Below are positions 33,033 to 41,813 of a DNA stretch of 53,407 bases, in pieces (the stretch's first letter is position 1; each line of letters starts with the position of its first letter). The position numbers and the translations under genes were made by a program. Origin of the DNA: Planctomycetales bacterium (GTDB lineage: Bacteria; Planctomycetota; Phycisphaerae; SM23-33); contig DAOVLV010000001.1 in the NCBI GenBank assembly GCA_030631085.1, positions 1 to 53,407 on the forward strand, read 5' to 3'. The notes under the pieces were generated by a model, which did not search any database, was not told where the DNA came from, and saw only the letters and a list, made by a program, of their open reading frames with translations.

Positions 33033-35465
33033 ATGCGTCAGTTGTGCACGATGATTTCGGCATTGGCGGTAACCGCGGCGCTGCTTGTCGGCGGATGCGG
33101 AAATGCGCTGGCGGAGAATACCCCGGTCGCGCCGCAAGCGCTGGATCAGGTGGAGCGACTGATGGCGGCAGGCGAATACGAGGCCTGCCTTACGCTTATC
33201 GAACAATGGCAGAAGGACATTCTGTCCGACCCCAGCCTGCGGATGAGCGTGTGGGAAATCGACTTCATGGGGTCGGAGGTCGTTCATGCATTAGTCGGCA
33301 GCAGCCACTTGTACTTCACGTATCATGCGTCCAACTCAAATCGTAATGCGCCGGGCATGAAACCGACGTTAGAGCTGGTCAAGCCAAGCCGACATTCGGA
33401 CTGGCGATACGTGGTGGTGTGTGTGGACGCCCGGACAGGTCGCATTCTGTGGTCGCGTCCGTTTGGCGGGTCAAGCCGTTTGGCGGTGGATCCGGCGACA
33501 GATACGCTCTACCTTCTCGGCAACGACGCCATTGTGGCCCTTAGCCCCGACGGGGCCGAACCCATGGTGCGACCCCTCGTTCAGAAGGGGAAGGTGATTG
33601 GCCTGCTGACAAAGTCGGGTATCACGGTGTCGGCGCCGCACGGGCTGAGGACGGACTGGAATCGCGATTCGGTCAGTCTGTACTGCACAACGACGCGGTC
33701 GCTGGTTGCAGCAAATCTGCGGGAGCGAGTGACGCTGAGTCCTGATGAAAGCAAACGGCTGGTGCTTTCGACGGGCAATCATCACGGCTTCGACAACAAC
33801 CTGATTTGCCAAACGACGAGAGGGAAGCACCTCTGGTCGTTCCAGGTTGCCGGCTTGAGGTCCCCCTGCATGCCGCAGTTCTACAAGGGCGACGTCATAT
33901 GGATGTCCGGCACTACGGTGCAAAAGGGACAGGTGGTCAGGCTGGACGGCCAGACGGGCAAAATGGTGTGGAAGACCGTACTGCCCAACGGGGCGTACAA
34001 GCCGAGCGACCACCAGCTTAAAGGCGGCGGCTACGCCTGGGACGATTGGGATGCTCTGATGTCCATTGGGGATGGTCGTCGGCTTCTGGCCATCGACGGC
34101 ACGGGCCGGCTGTTTTTCCTGGATGGGGCAACGGGGAAGATTCTCAGGACAGCCAGACTGATGGAGACGCATCTTTGCGCGCCGACCGAAGTGGGCGAGC
34201 TGATGGTATTTTGCGGCCACGACGGCGCGCGGGCAGTGCCCAAGTCCGCATTGATGGAACCGGGGAAGCAGCGGTTGGATGAACGCGGAGTCCTGGTGCT
34301 CAAGGCGCGCTGCCTGGTGGCGCTCGGACGGTTGAAGGAGGCATTGTCGTCGCTGGATTACGTGCTTGCCCGCGACGAGGACTGTGCCGAGGCATGGCGA
34401 GTCAGGGCGGAAGTCTGTGGTCGCCAGGGCAATCGGCTCGAGCAGTCGTTCAGCCTTTGCCGCTATGCGCAACTGGCGGGCCGGAAGGAACTGCCGGAAC
34501 TGCGCGACCTGTGTGGACTGCTGCGGCTCATTCCGTTGGGAAGCCGACCAGCGTGGCAGATGGTGGACGTGGGCGGACGAGAGGTCTACGTAGGTACGCA
34601 ACGTGGGGACTTGTGGGCGGTCTGGCCGGAAAGCCTGGAAACCCGAGTGGTCCAGAGTCGTGAGAAAGAAATATACGGTTTGTCGGGGAGCGTTCGACTT
34701 TCGTTTTGCGCACTGACGGGGGGGACGCTTACGGATGCAAAGGCAAGAAGCAATCCCACAGAACCAACCGAAGCGCCGGAAGCATGGTTTAACGAACGGG
34801 GAGTCGATGGCCCGACGGTCTTCTTTCGCGACAAGTATTACCGTCCGCTCGGCGGTGGCAAAGTTCGCATCTGGGACGGACAGGAGATGGTCGAACGGGA
34901 ATCATCTCTGAAAGGCATTAAAGAGTGGAAGATATATGTGTCGCCATCAGGCCCGCTGGGATACGGAATGGGCGGCGTCTATGCCCTTGACGGCGACCTG
35001 TGCCCCACGCGCATGCTGATTGAGCCACGTGCTGCGGGTCGGAAAGTGGAGCAGTGCCGTGTGATTTCCGTACGCAACGTCGGCGATTCGTTGGGACTGG
35101 TTGTTCAGACAAGCAAAGGGGCATACCTGCAAGTCTATGGCAGAACCGACGGTAGAATGCGCAAGGAGGTGTATCTGGGAAAGTGGCTTTCGTCGTGGTG
35201 CTACTCTCCGCAGTTCCTGGTGCTGGGCGACGGGTACCTGTTCAGTGACCGGCAGTTGACCTGGGTCAGCGGGCGAGCGGGCGGATCCGTCTGGCGGTTC
35301 GGCCCCCCTGTCAGCCATACGGAGAAAGGGAGAGAGTGGTGGCGGTACTTCGGCGACCCCGTGCTCCGCGATGGCAAACTGTTGGTGGTCGCACTGGACG
35401 GTTGGCTCTACGCGTTTGACATCGCGCACATCATCAATACCAAGCCAACGGATCCCCACAAGTGA
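33033..35465 (+). CDS. PQQ-like beta-propeller repeat lipoprotein with TPR-like segment
   Basis: MRQLCTMISALAVTAALLVGGC lipobox. Recurrent ..G(K/R)I(L/V)W.. blades (GRILWSRPFGG, GKMVWKTVLPNG, GKILRTARL). Confidence 0.7.
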   Translation: MRQLCTMISALAVTAALLVGGCGNALAENTPVAPQALDQVERLMAAGEYEACLTLIEQWQKDILSDPSLRMSVWEIDFMGSEVVHALVGSSHLYFTYHASNSNRNAPGMKPTLELVKPSRHSDWRYVVVCVDARTGRILWSRPFGGSSRLAVDPATDTLYLLGNDAIVALSPDGAEPMVRPLVQKGKVIGLLTKSGITVSAPHGLRTDWNRDSVSLYCTTTRSLVAANLRERVTLSPDESKRLVLSTGNHHGFDNNLICQTTRGKHLWSFQVAGLRSPCMPQFYKGDVIWMSGTTVQKGQVVRLDGQTGKMVWKTVLPNGAYKPSDHQLKGGGYAWDDWDALMSIGDGRRLLAIDGTGRLFFLDGATGKILRTARLMETHLCAPTEVGELMVFCGHDGARAVPKSALMEPGKQRLDERGVLVLKARCLVALGRLKEALSSLDYVLARDEDCAEAWRVRAEVCGRQGNRLEQSFSLCRYAQLAGRKELPELRDLCGLLRLIPLGSRPAWQMVDVGGREVYVGTQRGDLWAVWPESLETRVVQSREKEIYGLSGSVRLSFCALTGGTLTDAKARSNPTEPTEAPEAWFNERGVDGPTVFFRDKYYRPLGGGKVRIWDGQEMVERESSLKGIKEWKIYVSPSGPLGYGMGGVYALDGDLCPTRMLIEPRAAGRKVEQCRVISVRNVGDSLGLVVQTSKGAYLQVYGRTDGRMRKEVYLGKWLSSWCYSPQFLVLGDGYLFSDRQLTWVSGRAGGSVWRFGPPVSHTEKGREWWRYFGDPVLRDGKLLVVALDGWLYAFDIAHIINTKPTDPHK

Positions 35466-35484
35466 TACAGCCGGGCAGGTTCTG

Positions 35485-35648
35485 CCCAACACCTCCCTTG
35501 CCATCAGAGGCCGAGCGGATTACCATCTTCGCGTCCCTTCAATATGAGGATGACTTCAATGATCTCTCGCGTGCACAGTTCTATTTTACAGGGTATCGAC
35601 GCCGTTGCCGGCGAGGTCGAAGCCGACGTCGCTCGTGGCGGGCTGGGC
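35485..35648 (+). repeat. 164-bp direct repeat, copy 2 (attached to the comM body)
   Basis: See copy 1. Confidence 0.9.
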
Positions 35649-36290
35649 GAGTTGAAACTCGTAGGCCTGGCGGACACTGCCGTCAAGGAATCCGTCTCGC
35701 GCATCCAGGCTGCACTTCGCAACAGCGGATACCGCTGGCCCGGACCTAAAGTAACAATAAATCTCGCACCGGCCGATGTGAAGAAAGACTCGGCTGCGTT
35801 CGATTTGCCGATTGCCCTGGCTGTCATGCAGGCAGGCGGGATGTTCGCCAGCGAGACGTGCGACGATTTTCTCGTCGTCGGAGAACTCGCCCTGGACGGA
35901 CGCGTCCGAGCGGTCAAAGGCGCGCTGGCCACAGCAATGCTCGCACGCCGGTTGGAGAAGCGCGGGTTAATTTGCCCGGCTGACAATGCCGCCGAAGCCG
36001 CCGTCGTCGAAGGAATAGAAGTCATACCGGTAAGTTTCCTCACCGAAGCTGTCGGGTTCCTGACCGGCGAATTGTCGATTGAACCGGCTGACGTGGACCT
36101 TGGAGAGATTTTCAAGACTGCCAGTCGGTACGAGGTTGATTTCGCCGACGTTCGCGGGCAGGAATCGGCCAAGCGGGCATTGACCGTCGCAGCCGCGGGG
36201 CATCACAATATATTAATGATAGGACCGCCGGGAGCGGGTAAGACCATGCTGGCCAAGCGGATACCAATGCTTTTTGTAATTACAATATAA
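35544..36290 (+). pseudogene. comM: comM/yifB (Mg-chelatase-like AAA+ competence protein), N-terminal part, interrupted after Walker A
   Basis: Lon-like N-domain, [15 protein letters not shown], then MLFVITI-stop from island DNA. The likely true start is the ATG at 35559 (MISRVHS). Confidence 0.85.
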
Positions 36291-36463
36291 CCCTTCCGAC
36301 TGGTATGCTGGACCATTTAGTCGGCGTGGCATAGCACCGCATAGATTTTGTGTAGGCGCAAACGAGGGGCGTAGTATAATGTCAGTCAAATTGTCCGGTA
36401 GCATAGCCGGGCAGACATTATCTGGTATTTCAGAGTGTGGGCTTGGAAATCAAGGAGTTCGTA

Positions 36464-36928
36464 ATGACGGATAACGACAATTCCCAAAAAAGAGAATCAG
36501 ACTCGTCAAAAACCGGAGAGCATCTACCTGTCTTATCAAATAAACAGTTCATCCAACTTGGCAGCAATATCGCTCATGTGGACTTGACGGGGCTAACAGA
36601 ACAACAGATTCAAGAACTCAAGGCCAAGCACGCTAATACGATGATCGAGACGAACAAGAGGGCTGCTGAACTTGTCACCGATGTCAAGATATTGAGGGAA
36701 TCGTTGAGCACAATGGCGGGTGCGGCTAACGAGGTTGCCTCTCAAGAAGGGCAGTCGATTACCATCACACAGCGGCAAAAGAATGCTCTTGGGAATACGG
36801 AAATCATCATCGGGAATACGGATGCTGCTCAGAGAGGAAAACTAGGCCGCGACACGACAATGATCTGGTTTGGCCTAGCGATAGTGATCATCATCGCCAT
36901 AGTGATAATCGCTGTAACTCGCGGGTAG
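36464..36928 (+). CDS. Tail-anchored coiled-coil membrane protein, unknown function
   Basis: ATG at 36464 with AAGGAG 8 nt upstream. C-terminal TM MIWFGLAIVIIIAIVIIAV. Confidence 0.6.
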   Translation: MTDNDNSQKRESDSSKTGEHLPVLSNKQFIQLGSNIAHVDLTGLTEQQIQELKAKHANTMIETNKRAAELVTDVKILRESLSTMAGAANEVASQEGQSITITQRQKNALGNTEIIIGNTDAAQRGKLGRDTTMIWFGLAIVIIIAIVIIAVTRG

Positions 36929-36935
36929 ATATATC

Positions 36936-37238
36936 ATGCGTAAGTTCACAGTGGAGATCACAGAATCTACTGATATTGTGGCCACCCTAGGTAGGCTGAA
37001 GGGCGACTGTCTTTCTCACACTACATCACAGGACGGTCTGGAGGGCTTCCTCCATCAAGCCGAGACTGTTATTCATAACTTCACAGATCGGGGCAAAGAG
37101 GTAGCAGCAATCGGTGGTCAATTCAGGGCTTCGCGGACGCTCAAAAATCCTGACTACAAGATCGTCATCAACGCGGTCTTTGGTTGTGGGCCTCCGTCGC
37201 TGCTTGGCAAGTTGCGTTCGCTCTTTACTCGTCGGTGA
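36936..37238 (+). CDS. Hypothetical protein (100 aa)
   Basis: ORF track entry. 7-nt gap after the previous gene. Confidence 0.5.
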   Translation: MRKFTVEITESTDIVATLGRLKGDCLSHTTSQDGLEGFLHQAETVIHNFTDRGKEVAAIGGQFRASRTLKNPDYKIVINAVFGCGPPSLLGKLRSLFTRR

Positions 37239-37249
37239 GGAAGACACGG

Positions 37250-38065
37250 ATGGCACGTCGTTACGGTTACAACTCCCGCAATTATGGCTATGAGCGAGCA
37301 ATGCAACACATTCGTGAGGCAGAAGAGTTGTCGATGGAATTGGGCGGAACGGATGAGGATGTCAAACAGTACTTCTTCTCCCTGTCGGGTCAAGACCTAA
37401 AATCCATCCTTGATGCTTACGAAGCACAGAATGGATATGATGCACGTGAGTATGCTGAAAAAACCATGTGGAAGTGGCAGTCTGGCCGCGTGAAGATGAG
37501 TGGCTTGGTTGCTGGTCGGCTATTTGGGCTACTGCCACCCCGGATGCCGTTTCAGGTGAAGTACAATCTTGTCAGCACACTGTGGGAGAAGTACAGCCCC
37601 CGCTCAATCAAGCGAATCCGAATCGGTCCTGATGCACAGGTCCAGGAGATTGCTTCTGCCGTCGAATCACACCTTCTTGAGGCTGTGGTGCACTACAAGA
37701 TCCCCGACCCTCTTGAACGAAGATTCCATTGGCTATCGTCTGGGGATGTTGATGTTCAGCAACAACTGCTAAATCATTTCCTCGATATTGAGAGATCGCT
37801 TATCGTCAAGGGGACGCGGGAACGGCTGCCCGTGTTGCTAAAGCATCTTCGTCAGCATGGAGCAATCACACAAAGGCTCAGCCATAAGATCAAGATCGGC
37901 GAGCACCAACTCGAACTATACTTCGACCCTAAAGCGAGCGGACTTCAGTTCGAGGACCCCACGGCTATTCGCCTGTCGAAACATTCCGATCGGGATGTGG
38001 GATGTATGATAATGACCATAATCATATTTGTGATTATCATAATAATTGCCATCATGTCCTGGTGA
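37250..38065 (+). CDS. Tail-anchored membrane protein (271 aa), unknown function
   Basis: ATG at 37250 with GAGGAAG upstream. C-terminal TM CMIMTIIIFVIIIIIAIM. Confidence 0.6.
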   Translation: MARRYGYNSRNYGYERAMQHIREAEELSMELGGTDEDVKQYFFSLSGQDLKSILDAYEAQNGYDAREYAEKTMWKWQSGRVKMSGLVAGRLFGLLPPRMPFQVKYNLVSTLWEKYSPRSIKRIRIGPDAQVQEIASAVESHLLEAVVHYKIPDPLERRFHWLSSGDVDVQQQLLNHFLDIERSLIVKGTRERLPVLLKHLRQHGAITQRLSHKIKIGEHQLELYFDPKASGLQFEDPTAIRLSKHSDRDVGCMIMTIIIFVIIIIIAIMSW

Positions 38066-38761
38066 GAGTGTCGGCAATCCGCGAAAGGGCTTGATCCACG
38101 AAACGGGCTGTGTAGTCGGGATTGTAGTTGGCTGCTGGCCTTGCCATATTCCGGCCTTGCTCACCTTGGCCTTTTGCTCCACCTCCAAGTATTCCTCTAC
38201 GCGGCTAAACGGATATTTCGGATAGGCTCTAGCCAAGCCTTCACTTATCATCACCAGCCCAAAGTCCCGACCATCCGGTAATTCGATATAGACTAGCAAG
38301 CGTTTGTAAGTACCCCACTTCCCATGCTTCGGGTCCGGGTCGTATTGAATCTTGACGGTTTTGTCTTGTAGCAATTCTTTCGCACGGGCTGACGCTTCGG
38401 GGCCGAATGGCTGCACAGGCTTGAAGGGGTGAACCGTTTCCGGCGTATCAATACCTACGATGCGAACCTTGAGCGGGCCAGTGTCGGTGTCTATCTGGAT
38501 AGTGTCGCCATCCGTTACTGCAATGACTTTATGCAGACTGTTATCAGGCGGGGCAATTCGCTGCTTGACGCTGAGCGGTTGCTTTTGAAGTGGGGCCGGT
38601 TGCTCTTGGGGCTTTGGTGTGGGTTCTATATGCCGTGCTTGCTCAAGTTCCCGAACCCGCTCCGACAAAATGATTACACGGAAAGATGAAAACAGGACGC
38701 CCGCCGTGAGTAAGGACAAACACAATACCAAGGCTATATTCTTTCGCATAGGGCGGCTCAT
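37916..38761 (-). CDS. Membrane-anchored thermonuclease (SNase-like)
   Basis: N-terminal TM NIALVLCLSLLTAGVLFSSF. VTDGDTIQIDTD..VRIVGIDTPE..WGTYKRLLVYI. The 3' end overlaps the convergent gene by 150 nt. Confidence 0.8.
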   Translation of the reverse strand: MSRPMRKNIALVLCLSLLTAGVLFSSFRVIILSERVRELEQARHIEPTPKPQEQPAPLQKQPLSVKQRIAPPDNSLHKVIAVTDGDTIQIDTDTGPLKVRIVGIDTPETVHPFKPVQPFGPEASARAKELLQDKTVKIQYDPDPKHGKWGTYKRLLVYIELPDGRDFGLVMISEGLARAYPKYPFSRVEEYLEVEQKAKVSKAGIWQGQQPTTIPTTQPVSWIKPFRGLPTLSPGHDGNYYDNHKYDYGHYHTSHIPIGMFRQANSRGVLELKSARFRVEV

Positions 38762-39066
38762 CTAGGGGGATTGCAAACACTACACGGGCGGTAACGTTTC
38801 TTGGCTTCGCTCAGGGGCATCGGGATTTTCGACTTACTCAAATACCGACAGCCTGCACGATGATAGCACTTGCCACTCCGTGTAACATAGACAGTAATCT
38901 CTTGGGTTCCAGAATCCGAATTATCCTCTTGTTGATCGGTGCCTCTTACCGATGGCGTGTTGGACGATCCGCTCTGATCTTCGCTCCGTAATCCATAATA
39001 AAGACCGGCTCCGATCAGTGAAGCACAGACAACAGCGACGATTGGCCAAACGAGTTTGTTTTGCAT
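38758..39066 (-). CDS. Small membrane protein with C-terminal Cys/His 'sunset'-type metal-binding motif
   Basis: TM WPIVAVVCASLIGAGLYYGL. ..VYVTRSGKCYHRAGCRYL...YRPCSVCNP. Confidence 0.6.
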   Translation of the reverse strand: MQNKLVWPIVAVVCASLIGAGLYYGLRSEDQSGSSNTPSVRGTDQQEDNSDSGTQEITVYVTRSGKCYHRAGCRYLSKSKIPMPLSEAKKRYRPCSVCNPPR

Positions 39067-39205
39067 TATCTATCCCCTTTCCCCGACCAATATGCCGGTA
39101 GGGTCATTGTTGCACGTGAAACTGCCAAGGTCAAGAAATAGCACCTTGACCAAGGTGTTGCATCGAGGTAGCCTGCCGGGTGCGCAGATACAAAAGGGAA
39201 AGAAT

Positions 39206-39970
39206 GTGAGCACGAAAGACAAAAGCCTAATCATCGTTGTGCTGGTCTTGGTATGCGTGGCGGTCATAATTTGGGGCCATCACCGATTGGAATTGCTTCT
39301 CTTGGTGGCGTTCCTAGCACCTCTTACCGTCATTCACGTAGGCTCCATGGCTCTAGTGAGCACCTGTTGTTGGGGCATAGCCATCGAACGCCTATCTATC
39401 TTCTACGGAGGTCCGTTGTGCCGCTTTAACGTCAGAGGTATTCCCATCGAGATCGGTTACTTACCCATAGGCGGCTCAATAACATTCCGGCGTTACGACG
39501 ATGGTACAACCTCCAACGATGGCTTTAGGAACTATGACCACTTTCACCCATGGCAACGGTTGGTGATAATTCTGAGCGGGCCTTCGCTGCTTCTTCTTTT
39601 GGGCTGCGCGCTGATCGGGAGCAAGAGTCTTGTTGAAACCGTGCAAAGGTTCTACCCGACCTTCGTGGCGGGAACGATGTCTCCTGGTAGCGATGGCGTG
39701 AGCACATTAGCGGCTTACCTGAGTCTATTAGAGCATGGTAATTATCAGATTGCCTTCGGACTTCTTGCAGTTGTCCTAGCCGTGCTGAACCTATTGCCAC
39801 TCCCAACCATGAATGGGGGAGAGGCATTGATGGAACTCACTCAGATGTTGAACAGGCGTAGGTTCGCGCCTAAGATGGTCGTGGCATTGCGGGTTGTTTC
39901 GATAGTAATCCACTGTGTCATCGCAGCCGCATGGGCATTTTCGCTGATCCTCTTGCTGTTTTTCCATTGA
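39206..39970 (+). CDS. M50 (site-2 protease)-like membrane protein with degenerate active site
   Basis: RseP-like ..IERLSIFYGGPL..IGYLPIGGSITF.. and NLLPLPTMNGG. The HExxH position reads HVGSM and the LDG Asp is Asn. Start is the GTG at 39206 or the ATG at 39092. Confidence 0.55.
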   Translation: MSTKDKSLIIVVLVLVCVAVIIWGHHRLELLLLVAFLAPLTVIHVGSMALVSTCCWGIAIERLSIFYGGPLCRFNVRGIPIEIGYLPIGGSITFRRYDDGTTSNDGFRNYDHFHPWQRLVIILSGPSLLLLLGCALIGSKSLVETVQRFYPTFVAGTMSPGSDGVSTLAAYLSLLEHGNYQIAFGLLAVVLAVLNLLPLPTMNGGEALMELTQMLNRRRFAPKMVVALRVVSIVIHCVIAAAWAFSLILLLFFH

Positions 39971-40023
39971 CCGGCAGGACTTGTGATAGGCTCTGCCGGG
40001 TTTTTGTATTCATTCCCGAAGCC

Positions 40024-40551
40024 TTACACCTCTGTATATTGTGCAGTTCCCGCCATCGAGAAACCACGCAACGAAGAATCCGCAACTTTTTTAAATACCT
40101 CAGGCGGTACACTGACAGTGGCCACCCAGCAACCCGCCGATATTTTTTCGCCCCTATAAGTAATTTCCGAATCCGTTACAAAACTTTCGACCACTCGACA
40201 GGTAGTATCGTGTTCATGCTGGAGTTTAACAATTCCACCGTTCGCTAACCAACTGGCACTACCTTTTTTCAGTTCCTCGAAATCGGAAATATAGTCGTTC
40301 TGGGCGTCGGTGTTTTCCGGGTTGCCCAAACAATAAACGCAGCCCGATAATTCGTGCATCTCGCCATTTTTCCGTATGTCGAAGAATCCGCCGCCCGACT
40401 TCTCAAATTCTATTTCGTTATCATCGTCAATTTCTAAAACGATACCCGCATCGGCGAAGATATATTTCAAAACCTCGTTGGTCGTATTGCATCCCGGAAT
40501 ATCGACATATCCCTCTGCATCGCTGGTCAATTCTAAAGTTGTATTTGTCAT
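40024..40551 (-). CDS. XkdF-like (phage-associated, protease-like) protein
   Basis: C-terminal half ..LQHEHDTTCRVVESFVTD..AGCWVATVSVPPEVFKKV..LRGFSMAGTA resembles the XkdF family pattern. Confidence 0.45.
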   Translation of the reverse strand: MTNTTLELTSDAEGYVDIPGCNTTNEVLKYIFADAGIVLEIDDDNEIEFEKSGGGFFDIRKNGEMHELSGCVYCLGNPENTDAQNDYISDFEELKKGSASWLANGGIVKLQHEHDTTCRVVESFVTDSEITYRGEKISAGCWVATVSVPPEVFKKVADSSLRGFSMAGTAQYTEV

Positions 40552-40568
40552 AATTTATTTCCCCTAAT

Positions 40569-40724
40569 TTAATTCGCCGGATCGCCCCGGCCTGTCAATC
40601 GCTCAAACGTCTCGGATGCTTCTTCGCTATCCCAAGTTTTTATTTCCACGCCGGATCGAAACACTCGAAGCCGACAACAATCCCGGCGTAGTTCCAACTC
40701 ATTATTTTTTTGTATAGTCTTCAT
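40569..40724 (-). CDS. Possible small ORF (51 aa)
   Basis: Own translation: MKTIQKNNELELRRDCCRLRVFRSGVEIKTWDSEEASETFERLTGRGDPAN. Sits just upstream of the XkdF-like gene. Confidence 0.3.
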   Translation of the reverse strand: MKTIQKNNELELRRDCCRLRVFRSGVEIKTWDSEEASETFERLTGRGDPAN

Positions 40725-40733
40725 ATAATTATC

Positions 40734-40750
40734 TATACGAAATTCGTATA
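40734..40750. promoter_or_regulatory. 17-bp palindrome TATACGAAATTCGTATA in an AT-rich promoter region
   Basis: Self-complementary around the central base. 10 nt upstream of the small ORF start. Confidence 0.45.
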
Positions 40751-41008
40751 ATTGGTTTGTATATCTCTAACGCACTCAAACTTTCAACACGTATCAAAGT
40801 ACCTATATGCCTTAAAAGTTGCTTACAACGTATCCTGCAAAGCCCTGCACAGTGATATAAGGTAGTTCGCTAACCTGTTATATTCGGCATTTTGTCCGTC
40901 TGCTGGTATATTGACATTCTTGGTGTATTTCACCGCTTAAAAAAACAGGAGGCTCGGCATTTTCTGATTGCCAAGTCTCCTTTCAATTTTGATAATTTGT
41001 ATCTTGTC

Positions 41009-41620
41009 TTACTTGACCGCCTCAATAATTTTATGCACGGTAGGCCAACTCAATTCCTCTGCCCTTGCGATAGCGGCTTTGCTGATACCCTTGTCGTACA
41101 TATCCAGTATTCGGTTGATCCGTCTTGTACTCACCATTGACCAACCTTTTTGACTTCCACCCCATTTTTTGCCCGCTGCTTTGGCTACCTCGATACCGGC
41201 CTTTTGTCTTTGACGCCTTACGGCATTTTCAAACTCGGCGAACACTGCCAATATCCCGGCTATCATTTTGCCGCTGATGCTGTCAAGATCGACGCCCTCC
41301 GTTACCGATACCAGCCGGATACCCCTTTTGTGCATCCTGTCGAACAGGTTAGCGGCGTCTTTGAGGGAACGACTCAACCTATCCAGTCGCCAACAGATAA
41401 CGGCACTGACCTTGCCCTTGTCGATAGCCTGTTGTAGTTTTTTCCATTCTGGCCTGTTGTTAGTTGTGCCACTAGCCTTGTCGGAATACCACTTTAGGTT
41501 TTCTATCCCGCTGGCCTTCGCCCATGCCCTTATCGCCTTACGTTGCAGCCTGTCATTTTGCTCTACCGTGCTGCATCTCACGTAGGCTGCTGTAATGTTT
41601 CCCGTCTTTTCTTTCGCCAT
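41009..41620 (-). CDS. Small serine recombinase (resolvase/invertase) with C-terminal HTH
   Basis: AAYVRCSTVEQN (catalytic Ser), ..VICWRLDRLSRS.., ..FAEFENAVRRQRQKAGI.., C-terminus ..ISKAAIARAEELSWPTVHKI. AAGGAG RBS. Confidence 0.85.
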   Translation of the reverse strand: MAKEKTGNITAAYVRCSTVEQNDRLQRKAIRAWAKASGIENLKWYSDKASGTTNNRPEWKKLQQAIDKGKVSAVICWRLDRLSRSLKDAANLFDRMHKRGIRLVSVTEGVDLDSISGKMIAGILAVFAEFENAVRRQRQKAGIEVAKAAGKKWGGSQKGWSMVSTRRINRILDMYDKGISKAAIARAEELSWPTVHKIIEAVK

Positions 41621-41813
41621 GATATGCTCCTTTCGGTTGATAGCCTGTATCACAGCGTTTATTATAACCCTAAATTGTCTTGTGTAAAAGATATTTTATA
41701 GGTTTTGCATAAATTATCTTTCGTGTGCTCTATCATATTCCCTTGCAATAACGGCTTTTTGGCCTTTTTCCGCACGCCAGTTTCAAACGACATGACTTTT
41801 TAGGGTTTTGATT

